Origin: Verrucomicrobiota bacterium
GTDB taxonomy: Bacteria > Verrucomicrobiota > Lentisphaeria > Lentisphaerales > Lentisphaeraceae
Assembly: GCA_039798785.1 (NCBI GenBank)
Contig: JBDKFG010000007.1
Coordinates: 1 to 64,000 of the forward strand
DNA length: 64,000 nucleotides
Direction of reading: 5' to 3'
In this document: one piece after another, positions 1 through 9,201 of the stretch
Numbering within the stretch: position 1 is the first letter of the stretch
Layout of the letters: every line of letters starts with the position of its first letter
Translations under genes and position numbers: made by a program
The notes under the pieces: model-generated
What the model was told of the DNA's origin: nothing
Database searches by the model: none
The model's input: the letters and a program-made list of their open reading frames with translations, nothing else

Positions 1-40
1 CTGGCGCCGATGGTACTGCGTGAAGATCGTGGAAGAGTAG
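1..40 (+). CDS. 3' end of an unidentified gene entering from the left edge (...WRRWYCVKIVEE*)
   Basis: Open frame from base 2 to TAG at 38-40, followed by a terminator hairpin. Confidence 0.4.
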   Translation, partial: WRRWYCVKIVEE

Positions 41-62
41 GTAGCTGCCAGCCTTTATTTTT

Positions 63-94
63 AAGCCCGCTGAGGATTCTCAGCGGGCTTTTTT
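63..94. terminator. Rho-independent terminator, possibly bidirectional
   Basis: Perfect 12-bp stem AAGCCCGCTGAG-gatt-CTCAGCGGGCTT followed by TTTT, between convergent genes. Confidence 0.85.
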
Positions 95-158
95 GCGTTG
101 GCCCAAAAGGGGAAATCTATTGGCTCAGGGCGATAGAATTGGAGAGAGTGAGCAGCAG

Positions 159-611
159 TCAGGTTTTTAGGCGCCGGAGATCAGCGGGATGGATATGTCG
201 GTAAAAGTGTAAAAAACCATCATCGATGAGATAGGCGGTGAAGCCAAGACGGCGATAAAAAGCTTCGGCAGAGGGGGTGGAGTTAAGCCCGACGGTGCAA
301 ATTTCGTCACCTTCGGAATCAAGAGAAGCCAGAAGGGCCGTGATGAGGCGGCGGCCCCAACCTTGGCGCTGACGGGAAGGGTGGACATCGAGGGAGTGGA
401 GCCACCAGTAATCTTGATGTTTTTGCAAGCCGCCGGCAGCGATGAGAAAGTCTTGGTCGTAGAGACAGAGAAAGAGGCCTTGCAGCTCGAGGAGAGATTG
501 GCAGTAGCGTTCTTGATCGCCTTCTGGGTAGAACGCAGCATTGGCGGCGTGTAATTCCAGAAGTGCGGGGATGCACTCAGGCGAGAAGGGGCGGAGGGAA
601 AAGAGACTCAT
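159..611 (-). CDS. GNAT family N-acetyltransferase
   Basis: Motif A (VHPSRQRQGWGRRL) and motif B (AEAFYRRLGF); 4-nt overlap with sthA. Confidence 0.85.
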   Translation of the reverse strand: MSLFSLRPFSPECIPALLELHAANAAFYPEGDQERYCQSLLELQGLFLCLYDQDFLIAAGGLQKHQDYWWLHSLDVHPSRQRQGWGRRLITALLASLDSEGDEICTVGLNSTPSAEAFYRRLGFTAYLIDDGFLHFYRHIHPADLRRLKT

Positions 612-2035
612 TCCGTCGATTTTGCGGCTTCCGCGGCGGCGCGTTCATCAGCTTCGCGTTGATCCCGGATGGAGAGAGCGGCGAGGCGGTAGGCTTCGGC
701 GAGAGTGGGGAAGTTCATGACGTTTTCGATGAAGACGTCAATTGGAAGCTTGGCGAGGATGGCCATCTGGGTGAGGTGAATGAGTTCCGTGGCGCCTTCG
801 CCGATGATATGGGCGCCAAGGATTTCGCGTCCATCGGGGCCGGCGATCAGTTTGAGCAGGCCGTTTTCGATGTCGGAGATTTCTCCCCGTGCGACTTCAC
901 GGAAGTCGGTCTTGCCGATGTAGATCTTGCCGGCTTTGGCCAAGGCTTCCTGCTCGGTGAGGCCGATGGCGGAGATTTCCGGGATGGTGTAGATCCCCAT
1001 CGGGACATTTTCAAACATGGAACCGGGGTGAATGCCAAGGGCGTGGCAGACGGCGCGGCGCCCTTGTTCCATGGAAGTCGAGGCGAGAGCGGGGAATCCG
1101 ATGACGTCGCCGACCGCATAGATATGAGGGTGGAGGGTCTGATAGTCCTTGTTGACGACTAGAAGGGATCGTTTATCTAGTGTCAGGCCGGCATTCTGGG
1201 GTTGCAGGATTTCAACGTTGGAGACGCGGCCGAGGGCGACCAGAGCTTTCTGGCTGAGAATGATCTTGCCCGATTTGAGCTTGGTGACGACATGCGCGAC
1301 GTCGTCCCATTCGACCTTATCGATTTGTTCATTGCCAAGGTAGGTGCCGCCGGATTCCTCAAAGGATTTGACGAAGCGGTCAGTAAGTTCTGGGTCGAGG
1401 AATTTCAAGGGGCGGTCGCCGGAGTCGACAAGAGTGACCTGGACGCCGAGGGAGGCGAAGATGGTGGCGTATTCGCAAGCGATGACTCCGGCGCCGAAGA
1501 CGACGAGGGAGCTGGGCAGGTAGATCATCGACAGGATGGAGTCGGAGTCGAGAATGTGTTCATGATCGACCGGGACGTTGTCAGGGCTGCGGGGGCGGGA
1601 GCCGGTGGCGATGATGATGAACTTGCCCTTGAGGACCTGCTTGTTGCCTTTGATGTCAGTGATTTCCACATGATAGGGATCGACGATGCGGCCTTTGCCG
1701 CGGAAATAGGAGACGCCGTGGATGTGTTTGGCGATGGCTTTGACATGGGCGTGGCGGACCGCGTCTTTCCGGGACATCAAGGATTCAACCTGGACGTTTT
1801 CCTTGAAGGCGAAGTCAAAGCCGGTGGCGTGTTTGGTGAAGCGGGCGAGGTTGCTGGCGGTTTCGCGGAGAGTTTTGGAGGGGATGGTGCCGTGATGGAG
1901 GCAGTGGCCGCCGATGTCGCGCTCTTTTTCGATCAGGGCGACGCTCTTTCCGCAGCGCAGGGCCTGGGTGGCGGCTTCCTGGCCGCCGGGACCTGAGCCG
2001 ACGATGATGAAGTCGAATTGCAGGGCGTCGCTCAT
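608..2035 (-). CDS. sthA: Soluble pyridine nucleotide transhydrogenase (Si-specific)
   Basis: GSGPGG FAD motif, GGHCLHHGTIPSK with a single Cys, GAGVIACE, GDVIGFPALASTSMEQGR, NFPTLAEAY. Confidence 0.92.
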   Translation of the reverse strand: MSDALQFDFIIVGSGPGGQEAATQALRCGKSVALIEKERDIGGHCLHHGTIPSKTLRETASNLARFTKHATGFDFAFKENVQVESLMSRKDAVRHAHVKAIAKHIHGVSYFRGKGRIVDPYHVEITDIKGNKQVLKGKFIIIATGSRPRSPDNVPVDHEHILDSDSILSMIYLPSSLVVFGAGVIACEYATIFASLGVQVTLVDSGDRPLKFLDPELTDRFVKSFEESGGTYLGNEQIDKVEWDDVAHVVTKLKSGKIILSQKALVALGRVSNVEILQPQNAGLTLDKRSLLVVNKDYQTLHPHIYAVGDVIGFPALASTSMEQGRRAVCHALGIHPGSMFENVPMGIYTIPEISAIGLTEQEALAKAGKIYIGKTDFREVARGEISDIENGLLKLIAGPDGREILGAHIIGEGATELIHLTQMAILAKLPIDVFIENVMNFPTLAEAYRLAALSIRDQREADERAAAEAAKSTE

Positions 2036-2038
2036 GCT

Positions 2039-2872
2039 TCACCTCGCTGCGGCAATGAGTTGCTGGATGGTCTCGCAGCGGGCGAACAGCTCCTCGAGAT
2101 CTTCGGGATAAAGATTGAGCGCCTCGGTGACGGGATGAGCGACAATGCTTTCCTTGGTCACCTGAGGATCGGAGAGCAGGAAGGATGCGTATTGACGTGC
2201 GAGACAGATAGTCTGGACTTCGTCCTCGAAGGCCTTGGCACTGGTGAAGTCGTCGCCACAGCGGATGGTTTCGGCGACTTGTTGCGGCAGCTTCCATTCT
2301 TCGGCGATGCGTAGCGAGATCGGGATGTGAGTGCGGTCGAGAGCGGCGATCACTTCTTCCAGGGAGAGAGTGAGCTTGAGATCTTTCAAGACGGCTGCGA
2401 GGATTTTCAGGACGACGGGCTTGCCGATGCCGCAGAGGAGGCCGCAGACGTAGGCGGACTCGACGTTTTTGCGGCGAAGCCGGGCGATCTCGCGGGAGAA
2501 GGCGGAGCTGGCGACCGAGGCTTCCCACAGGGCTTTGATGGTGGCCTCTTGGCCGGGGACGCGGTAGACCGAGTTTTGAACTGAGGCGGCGAGGGAGATT
2601 TCGCGGATCAGCTTCATGCCGAGGCGGGACACCGCCTGCTGCAGGGAGACGATGCGGACATTGCCGCCGTACATGGACGAGTTGGCGATTTTCAGGACAT
2701 TGGTGGCGAGGGCCTGGTCGCGGTGGATGAGCGCCGAGAGGTGTGAGGCGTCGGCATTGGGGTCCGAGGTCATGCTCATCACCTTTCCTGCGACTTCTGG
2801 CAGGAGAGGCAGCTCGATTTTCTGGGTGGCGAGGCGTTTTTCCAACTCGGCGAGGATCTTGTCGAGACTCAT
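2039..2872 (-). CDS. Stand-alone HDOD domain protein
   Basis: LPLLPEVA...DQALATNVLKIANS...SLQQAVSRLG...GLLCGIGK...EEWKLP; start placed at MSLDK. Confidence 0.88.
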   Translation of the reverse strand: MSLDKILAELEKRLATQKIELPLLPEVAGKVMSMTSDPNADASHLSALIHRDQALATNVLKIANSSMYGGNVRIVSLQQAVSRLGMKLIREISLAASVQNSVYRVPGQEATIKALWEASVASSAFSREIARLRRKNVESAYVCGLLCGIGKPVVLKILAAVLKDLKLTLSLEEVIAALDRTHIPISLRIAEEWKLPQQVAETIRCGDDFTSAKAFEDEVQTICLARQYASFLLSDPQVTKESIVAHPVTEALNLYPEDLEELFARCETIQQLIAAAR

Positions 2873-2973
2873 GGGATTCTCCGCGGCTAAACTAGGGGGC
2901 GTCGATACCGTTGGGTGTTCGCTCCTGGGAGGGCGATTACGCAGCCGCCGCGCCACAATCCCGGGGTGTCGGC

Positions 2974-4200
2974 TCAGCGGGTGAAAAAGTAGGGAGTGGT
3001 GTCATCTAGGACGTCGACGACTTCGGTCAGCTCCAGGGATTGGGAATCGCGACCGCAGAGGCGGCCGCGGAGGACGATGCTGTATTTGGCTTTCTTTAAT
3101 TTCTCGACGCCGGCGAGCCCGCCCTTGAACATATCTACGGGCCTGGTGGTCTTGAGGAAATTGTTCAAGGTGAGGGTGACTTCCTGGTCATTGACTTCGA
3201 TGCTGGTGAGAGTGCCGCGGACCTGCACCATGTTGCCGAGCATTTGTTTCTGCTGAAGCTTGAGGAAGTCCTTGCGCATCTCATCGAGGGTGCTGGCGTT
3301 GTAAATGAATTCCGCGACATCTTCCCGGCCGCAGCCCTTGCTGTCGGTGAGGAGGATGGTCTTCCCTTCGATTTTGTATTTGATGCGGGATGTGTAGTCC
3401 CAGTATTTGATCACTTCGGCGGCATTGCTGAAATTGTTGTAGTAGATGTCGCGGTTGAGTGCGTGGGCTTTGGAGCCGGCGTAGCGGGTGGTGTTGCCGA
3501 GGGTGGATTCGGTGAAGGGGAGGCCGATCTGTTTCAGCCGCGGATCGAGCTTGATGCTGATGCCTAGGGGGGCGGCGGAGCGGTTGATCAAGTTGAGGGT
3601 CTCGTAGGGGAACTGCCCTTTCAGGGTTCCGGCGGGGAGGCGTACGCTTTCGAGCAGACCGAGGGCGTCTTCCTGCCATTTGGAATCCTGTTCGACTTTG
3701 GCGAGGTCGGGAGTCTCCTCGACTTCCGGCTTGGCGACCGTTTCGTCAGGCGTGATGGTGTCGGGTTCCGGGGGGAGTTGAAAGGGGAATTTGGCGAGAG
3801 TTTCAGGAGGGATTGACCCTGGCCTGGATAATGAGGCAACAGTGTAAAGGAAGGCTTTATCTTCCTTCTTTTCATCGGACAGGGATTCTGCGGTCTTTCT
3901 CAGGCATTCGGCGAGGAGTGCTCCATCATCTTCCAAGGACAGTCCTGTCTCTGGCGATTCGCCTTTGGCTATCTGCTCGAGTTGTCTTTTGATGTCGAGG
4001 TTGGAGGGGGCGCGAAGGGCCGCGAGCTGCATCAGCTGCAAGGCAGCGGGATCTTTTGGTTTCGCCTCCAGCCTTTGGCTGGCCAAGATGTACAGGCCGC
4101 GATTTACCTGTTCCCAGGTCAAGGGGGCGGGCTTGGGATCATCATCGGCATGCAGGATGAGGCTGAGATTCAGGAGAAGTGCGCAGGCAGCCTTGTTCAT
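2974..4200 (-). CDS. Secreted hypothetical protein, with possible STN-like middle domain and C-terminal OB-fold (tRNA_anti-like)
   Basis: Signal peptide; VQVRGTLTSIE...IVLRGRLCG OB-like pattern; start overlaps the kinase stop. Confidence 0.6.
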   Translation of the reverse strand: MNKAACALLLNLSLILHADDDPKPAPLTWEQVNRGLYILASQRLEAKPKDPAALQLMQLAALRAPSNLDIKRQLEQIAKGESPETGLSLEDDGALLAECLRKTAESLSDEKKEDKAFLYTVASLSRPGSIPPETLAKFPFQLPPEPDTITPDETVAKPEVEETPDLAKVEQDSKWQEDALGLLESVRLPAGTLKGQFPYETLNLINRSAAPLGISIKLDPRLKQIGLPFTESTLGNTTRYAGSKAHALNRDIYYNNFSNAAEVIKYWDYTSRIKYKIEGKTILLTDSKGCGREDVAEFIYNASTLDEMRKDFLKLQQKQMLGNMVQVRGTLTSIEVNDQEVTLTLNNFLKTTRPVDMFKGGLAGVEKLKKAKYSIVLRGRLCGRDSQSLELTEVVDVLDDTTPYFFTR

Positions 4201-5903
4201 AATCCGCGGGCCTTGAGGGTGTCATCTTTGAGTGAGAGGAAAGCGGGACGCGAGGCGGGGCGGAGGAATGGCGCGAGGCGATCTGCCAGATCGGGCGAGT
4301 GGATCATCAATGCGACGATGGCGCCAGGCCGGTCCTGGTCCAGCCATTTGCCTTGGATGGCCAGTTCGGCGAGGCGGCGGAAGTCGGAGCTGCTCAAGCG
4401 CTGTTCAAATTTGACCTTGCCGAAGGGCTCGGTCTTTTTGAGGACTAGTCGGCCGCTTTCGTTGATACGTGGTTCGGCGTCTTTCCACTCGGCCGGGGCG
4501 AGAGCCTTGCCGATTTCCGGGAGATGGCTGCGGAAGGAGGAGTTCATGTCTGTGAAACCGAGGTTGAGAGTTGCCAGGAGGAGTTCGTATTTGGCCTTTT
4601 CAGGACCCGGATTTTTTTCCATCGCTTGCTGGAGGTGTTCGTAGAACGCTGGCGCGAGGCGGGTCCAGGATTCCGGATCTTTCGCCAGGGGAGCCAAGGC
4701 TTGCAGGTAGGCTTCGGGCGAAGGGAGGGCCGCTGTCGTGGCCGGGTTGACCGGGGCTTTGACCGGGGCCTTGACCGGCGGGTTGACCGGGGCCTTGAGG
4801 TTTGCCGGCTGCGGAGTTTTAGATGGCGCATGAGTCTCCGGCCCGCTAACGACCGGGTCGGAAGGGCTTGCGGGTTTGGCGAGCACTTTCCAGGCGATCA
4901 GGACGGAAACGGCGAGGCCAGCCAAAATCAGAGCCGGGATGAGAATGGAAGTCTTCTTGGCTTTTTCATGTTCGAGGGAGTGATGGGGCTGGGTGTAATG
5001 GACGCCGCCTTTGATCTGGATGCCGGCGGGCTTGCGCTTGCGGGCCTCGGTGGGATCGGCGATCAGTTCGTCCATCCTGGATTTGACTTCCTTCCAGGTC
5101 TGGGGCCGGTCCTCGGGCTTTTTCTCCAACAGGTGGTCGACGAAGCGGGAGATCGGGGCCGGGCAGCCCGGAACGATATCGACCAGGTGGCGGTGCGGAC
5201 TGTGCTGCTGCATCGTCATCACCTGCTGATAGTCGTCCGCTTCGAAGGGCGGATGCCCGGCGATCATGTGGTAGAGCGTGGCGCCGAAGGAGTAGATGTC
5301 GGCTCGGGGATCGCCGACCTCCCACTTGTTCTGGATCATCTCAGGCGAGGCGTACAGCGGAGTCAGCATGATGCCGTCCGATTCGCCGTCGATCTCGCCG
5401 CCCATCCGGGCCAGGCCGAGGTCGGCGAGCTTGGCCTTGCCGTTGCGGGTGAGGAGGATGTTGGCGGGCTTCAGGTCGCCATGGGTGAGGCGGCGTGCCT
5501 GCGAGCCGTAGTCAAGGCCGTCGGCGACGCCGACCAGCAGCTTTAGCGATTCCACCGCGTCGATGCGCTGCTCCTGCTTGATCTTGGCGGCGATGTCGCC
5601 GCCGTCGACCAGCTCCATGGCGAAGTAGAAGAGTCCGTCGTCGCTCTTGCCGACGTCGAAGGCCTGGACGATGTTCTGATGGGTGAAGGCGGCGGCGGCC
5701 TGGGCCTCGCGGAAGAAGGCCCGGAGGAAGTCGTCGTCGCGGGCGATGGCAGGTGGCAGGATCTTCAAGGCGACCTCGCGGCGGAGGTTGACCTGCAGGG
5801 CCTTGTAGACCACGCCCATGTTGCCGCGCCCGAGAGGACCCTCGATCTGGAAGGCGCCGACTTCGCGGCCCGGAGGAAGTGTGATGTCGTCGCTGTTCGT
5901 CAT
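4197..5903 (-). CDS. Membrane-anchored Hanks-type Ser/Thr protein kinase
   Basis: GRGNMG, VALK, HGDLKPAN, DLG, YASPE, DIYSFG; one TM helix followed by a Pro-rich linker. Confidence 0.93.
   Translation of the reverse strand: MTNSDDITLPPGREVGAFQIEGPLGRGNMGVVYKALQVNLRREVALKILPPAIARDDDFLRAFFREAQAAAAFTHQNIVQAFDVGKSDDGLFYFAMELVDGGDIAAKIKQEQRIDAVESLKLLVGVADGLDYGSQARRLTHGDLKPANILLTRNGKAKLADLGLARMGGEIDGESDGIMLTPLYASPEMIQNKWEVGDPRADIYSFGATLYHMIAGHPPFEADDYQQVMTMQQHSPHRHLVDIVPGCPAPISRFVDHLLEKKPEDRPQTWKEVKSRMDELIADPTEARKRKPAGIQIKGGVHYTQPHHSLEHEKAKKTSILIPALILAGLAVSVLIAWKVLAKPASPSDPVVSGPETHAPSKTPQPANLKAPVNPPVKAPVKAPVNPATTAALPSPEAYLQALAPLAKDPESWTRLAPAFYEHLQQAMEKNPGPEKAKYELLLATLNLGFTDMNSSFRSHLPEIGKALAPAEWKDAEPRINESGRLVLKKTEPFGKVKFEQRLSSSDFRRLAELAIQGKWLDQDRPGAIVALMIHSPDLADRLAPFLRPASRPAFLSLKDDTLKARGL
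4741..4798. repeat. Imperfect 12-bp tandem repeat encoding the KAPV/NPPV linker
   Basis: TTGACCGG(G/C)G repeated with period 12. Confidence 0.7.
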
Positions 5904-6033
5904 CTGGATCCCGATAGAATGAGGTGGCTGGACTGCGAACGCGTGAAGTTCTTAGTTATTTTCCGCCATCCGCTCTTGAAAGTCAACCCATGCGGCGCTT
6001 TTCTCTCGAAGAATTCATCCCCGAGGACACGCC

Positions 6034-6918
6034 ATGTCGACTTTCCTGCTGCAAAATACTCGCGTCTCGGTCTTTTCTCCGGCCGGGCGACCCGAGGAAG
6101 AGTCACTGAGTCAGGGCCTGGTCGCGGCTGAGCGGCTGGGTCTGCAAGTCGAGATTCACCCGGCTTCCGGTATGCTGCGCGAGATGGCGGGTGACGATGC
6201 CGGGCGCCTGGCTTCTTTCCTGGCGGCATGGGACAGCGGTGCCGATTGGGTCCTGGCGGGCCGCGGCGGCTACGGCTGCCTACGCCTGCTCGAATCAATG
6301 CCCTGGCAGCGCCTCGCCGCCGGCCCCCAGCCCTGCCTCGTCGGCTACAGCGACCTCAGCGTCTTGCAACTCGCCTTCCTCAAGCACGGGATCCGCGCCG
6401 GCGTCTCCGGACCGATGCTGGCGATCGACTTCGCCCGTGGCCTCGACGAGTACAGCCGCGGCACCTTCGTCCTCGCCCTCGACCCCGCACCAGCCCCTAT
6501 CCCTCTCGGCGACGCCGTCCGCCACCTCCAGACCGGCGCGGCCGAAGGGCCCTTGGTGCCGGTGACCCTGTCCTGCCTGATGATGCTTGTCGGCACGCCC
6601 TTCATGCCGGATCTGAGTGGCTGCATCCTGGTGCTGGAGGACATCGGCGAACCGCATCGCAAAATCGACGGCATGCTGACCCGCCTGCGCCTTGCCGGAG
6701 AGCTGCAGAAACTCGCCGGTCTGGCCTTCGGCGACTTCGCCGGCTGCGACCTGCCGGAGCTGCTGCCGGAGATCTTTGCCGAAGCCGCGGAATGCGTCAA
6801 GGGTCCGGTGATTTCCGGTCTGCCCTTCGGCCATTGCCGTCCGCGGCTGAGTTTGGCGGTGGGACGCAGGGCGAGACTGGAGGCCGGGGCGGAGCTCAGG
6901 ATGAGCTATCTCGAGTAG
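6034..6918 (+). CDS. LD-carboxypeptidase (peptidase S66)
   Basis: RGGYG, VGYSDLS (Ser), LEDIGE (Glu), FGH (His) catalytic triad. Confidence 0.92.
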   Translation: MSTFLLQNTRVSVFSPAGRPEEESLSQGLVAAERLGLQVEIHPASGMLREMAGDDAGRLASFLAAWDSGADWVLAGRGGYGCLRLLESMPWQRLAAGPQPCLVGYSDLSVLQLAFLKHGIRAGVSGPMLAIDFARGLDEYSRGTFVLALDPAPAPIPLGDAVRHLQTGAAEGPLVPVTLSCLMMLVGTPFMPDLSGCILVLEDIGEPHRKIDGMLTRLRLAGELQKLAGLAFGDFAGCDLPELLPEIFAEAAECVKGPVISGLPFGHCRPRLSLAVGRRARLEAGAELRMSYLE

Positions 6919-7290
6919 CGAAGCCCCCAAGGAGGCTCGTCGTCGCGCTCGGATCGGAGGAGGCGCTGACTTCATTCCGAGGCTGGGGCATCCGCGGATC
7001 TGTCCGTTCCGCGGCCATTCCTTCTGCCGCTACGTCAACATCTACCGGCAGACAAGCGGCAGGGAGCCATAGAGGTAATGCAAAAGGTGGCAACACATTC
7101 ACGCCCGCTTTGTGCGGCAGGTCAGGAAGTCTGAATCTAGGTTCAAGCTGCTTTTCAGGGAGGAGGGGATTGGGGAGTCAAAGCAGGGCCCGGGCGTTGG
7201 CTTCCCTTGGAGCTTCCGACCTGTGGGATCTAGGCATCTTTTCGAGAGAAGCTCTTTTTCAGGCAGGATTTCAGGGCGGGCAAATCCGGC

Positions 7291-7324
7291 TTGGCGTGAT
7301 TCCCCTGCCATTTGGCGCGATTCC
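7291..7324 (+). promoter_or_regulatory. Direct repeat TTGGCG(T/C)GATTCC x2 with 21-bp period; putative AraC/XylR operator
   Basis: Copies at 7291 and 7312 upstream of the pilin gene; similar pair upstream of the second pilin gene. Confidence 0.5.
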
Positions 7325-7398
7325 CAACGACCTCACGGGCTTTATCCTTGCATTGCTGTTAGGGACGGCATCGCCGTTTCAATCGCAAGGAGCCCAAG

Positions 7399-8106
7399 AT
7401 GAAACATCTCTCACGTCAACGTCGCTTCACCCTGCTGGAACTTTTGGCGGTGATCGTCATCATCGCCATTCTGGTGAGCCTGCTATTCGGCGCCTTTGCC
7501 CAGGTCCGTGAAAAAGCCAAGCTGGTGCAATGCGTCAGCAACAACAAGCAGATCGGCGTCGCGGCGACTCAATATGCCCAGGCCAACCGGGGGCAGCTGC
7601 CGCGCATCTGGAACAGCGGTACGAGCGAATGGCCGGAAGTGGTGCATTCCCGGATCAAGCTCAATGGCCGCAACTACATGGGCGCCGGCTTGCTACAGGA
7701 GCTCGGCCTGCTTGATCCGAAGGTCTTGTTCTGTCCCTCCGCCCCCTACTACAGTTTTGACAACCCCCGCTATGGCTGGATCAAGGCGGGCACCGGCACG
7801 GTGATCACCTCTTACACCTTCAACTCCAGCTACGGCCGGGCGAGCTCCTCGCCGGGACGCAACCTCAGGATTCCCGATCCGCCGAGCACCCCCCTGAACG
7901 CCGACATGATCCATCGCGACGACCGTCCCTATTCGGCGATCAATCACCCCAACGGCTTCGTCGTCTTGCGCCTGGAAGGCAGCGCCTCGCTGGTCAAATC
8001 CGACCCAGAAGCAGTCCATGCCGCGACCGCCAACTTGAGCGGCAACCAGGGCTACCAGTGGGCGAAGTTCTACAACTCCTTCTGGAACGCGAGTGCCTTC
8101 CAATGA
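7399..8106 (+). CDS. Prepilin-type N-terminal cleavage/methylation protein (PVC H-X9-DG/DUF1559-like)
   Basis: RRFTLLELLAVIVIIAIL, CVSNNKQIG, FCPS, HPNGFVVLRLEGSA; AAGGAG RBS. Confidence 0.9.
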   Translation: MKHLSRQRRFTLLELLAVIVIIAILVSLLFGAFAQVREKAKLVQCVSNNKQIGVAATQYAQANRGQLPRIWNSGTSEWPEVVHSRIKLNGRNYMGAGLLQELGLLDPKVLFCPSAPYYSFDNPRYGWIKAGTGTVITSYTFNSSYGRASSSPGRNLRIPDPPSTPLNADMIHRDDRPYSAINHPNGFVVLRLEGSASLVKSDPEAVHAATANLSGNQGYQWAKFYNSFWNASAFQ

Positions 8107-8819
8107 AACTGCTCCTCCTCGCCGTCGCGATGACTTCCTTGATCGCCGCCCTGAAGCGGCGGCGGGAGAAGTCGAGCACCTTCAACCTCGTCTGGGTCCT
8201 TGCCAGCATGCTGGCATCGGCCTCCCTGGCCCTGAGCTGGTCCTTCGCCTGCTCCGACAAGGGAAACTTCGACGACCTGGTGGAGCGCCGCCTGTCCGGA
8301 CGCAGCGAGTCGGTGGCGAACTCCTTCTCCCCCTCGCTGAAGGCTTGGAAAGGGCCGGTGGTCGTCCTTTTCGCCGCGGAGGAGGCAGAGCGCTGGCGCA
8401 GTCTCCGCCTCGCGCCCTTCAAAGCGCAGCTTTCCGGGACGGTCTCGATCGAGAACATCCCCCAGAATCCCCGCAGCGGCCGCTACAAATGGAAGGAGCT
8501 GGCGGAGGTGATCGCCCGCCATCCCGCCGACACTCTTTTCATCTCCTTCTGCGGCTTGCCGGTTTGCGGCCAAAACGAAGAGGATGAGTTCTGGGCTGGC
8601 GCCCCCGAACAGCGCTTCCTCGTCGTCGATGATGTCGACACGGAGATCCATCCCGCCGCCTTCGAAAGCCGGGCCCTCCTCGGCTGGTGCATAGAGAGAA
8701 ATCAACGGCCCTTCCTGATCACGGCGGAAAACCAGCAGCAGATCCGCCAGGAGCTTCCCGGCTGCTTTCTGCCACCCCTGGGATCAGATGATGATCAACT
8801 CGCCAGCAGGGGCGATTAA
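8103..8819 (+). CDS. Membrane-anchored hypothetical protein, pilin partner (paralog of 39647-40429)
   Basis: ATGA overlap with the pilin; two hydrophobic segments around KRRR; WKELAEVIARHP...GLP and LITAEN motifs shared with the paralog. Confidence 0.7.
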   Translation: MKLLLLAVAMTSLIAALKRRREKSSTFNLVWVLASMLASASLALSWSFACSDKGNFDDLVERRLSGRSESVANSFSPSLKAWKGPVVVLFAAEEAERWRSLRLAPFKAQLSGTVSIENIPQNPRSGRYKWKELAEVIARHPADTLFISFCGLPVCGQNEEDEFWAGAPEQRFLVVDDVDTEIHPAAFESRALLGWCIERNQRPFLITAENQQQIRQELPGCFLPPLGSDDDQLASRGD

Positions 8820-9201
8820 ACACAAAAACCGCTGTTGATAAGGTTGAGACGCAACAGCAAAAATTGTCGACATCGGGAAATGACGCGGCAGACGCGGCAG
8901 TCATCAGGCTCGAATTCTTGCCAGCATCAATTTCTTTCTACCCGGCCGTTCCAGCCCAGACGTTTATTCAATCAGGTATTTATCATGACTGCGTCCGCTC
9001 TATGGCCTTCCCTCAAACAAATAGCGTCTCGGCAGCTCAGCGGATTTCAGGCTGCATTCTGGTTTTTCTTGCCCGGAACTTGCGAACCCGGCAGGGAACC
9101 GAAAAAAATCTCCGCTTTGCCTCGGCGGCTCCGCAACTTTTCTGATCCGCTTCGCTTTTCTTGATGAAATCCCTCAAACTCGAACCCTCAGGAGCCCTCC
9201 C

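Noticed and set aside
6919..7290. Long intergenic region with hairpins as a riboswitch or ncRNA
   Set aside because: No recognisable conserved riboswitch or tRNA motif; an Rfam search would be needed
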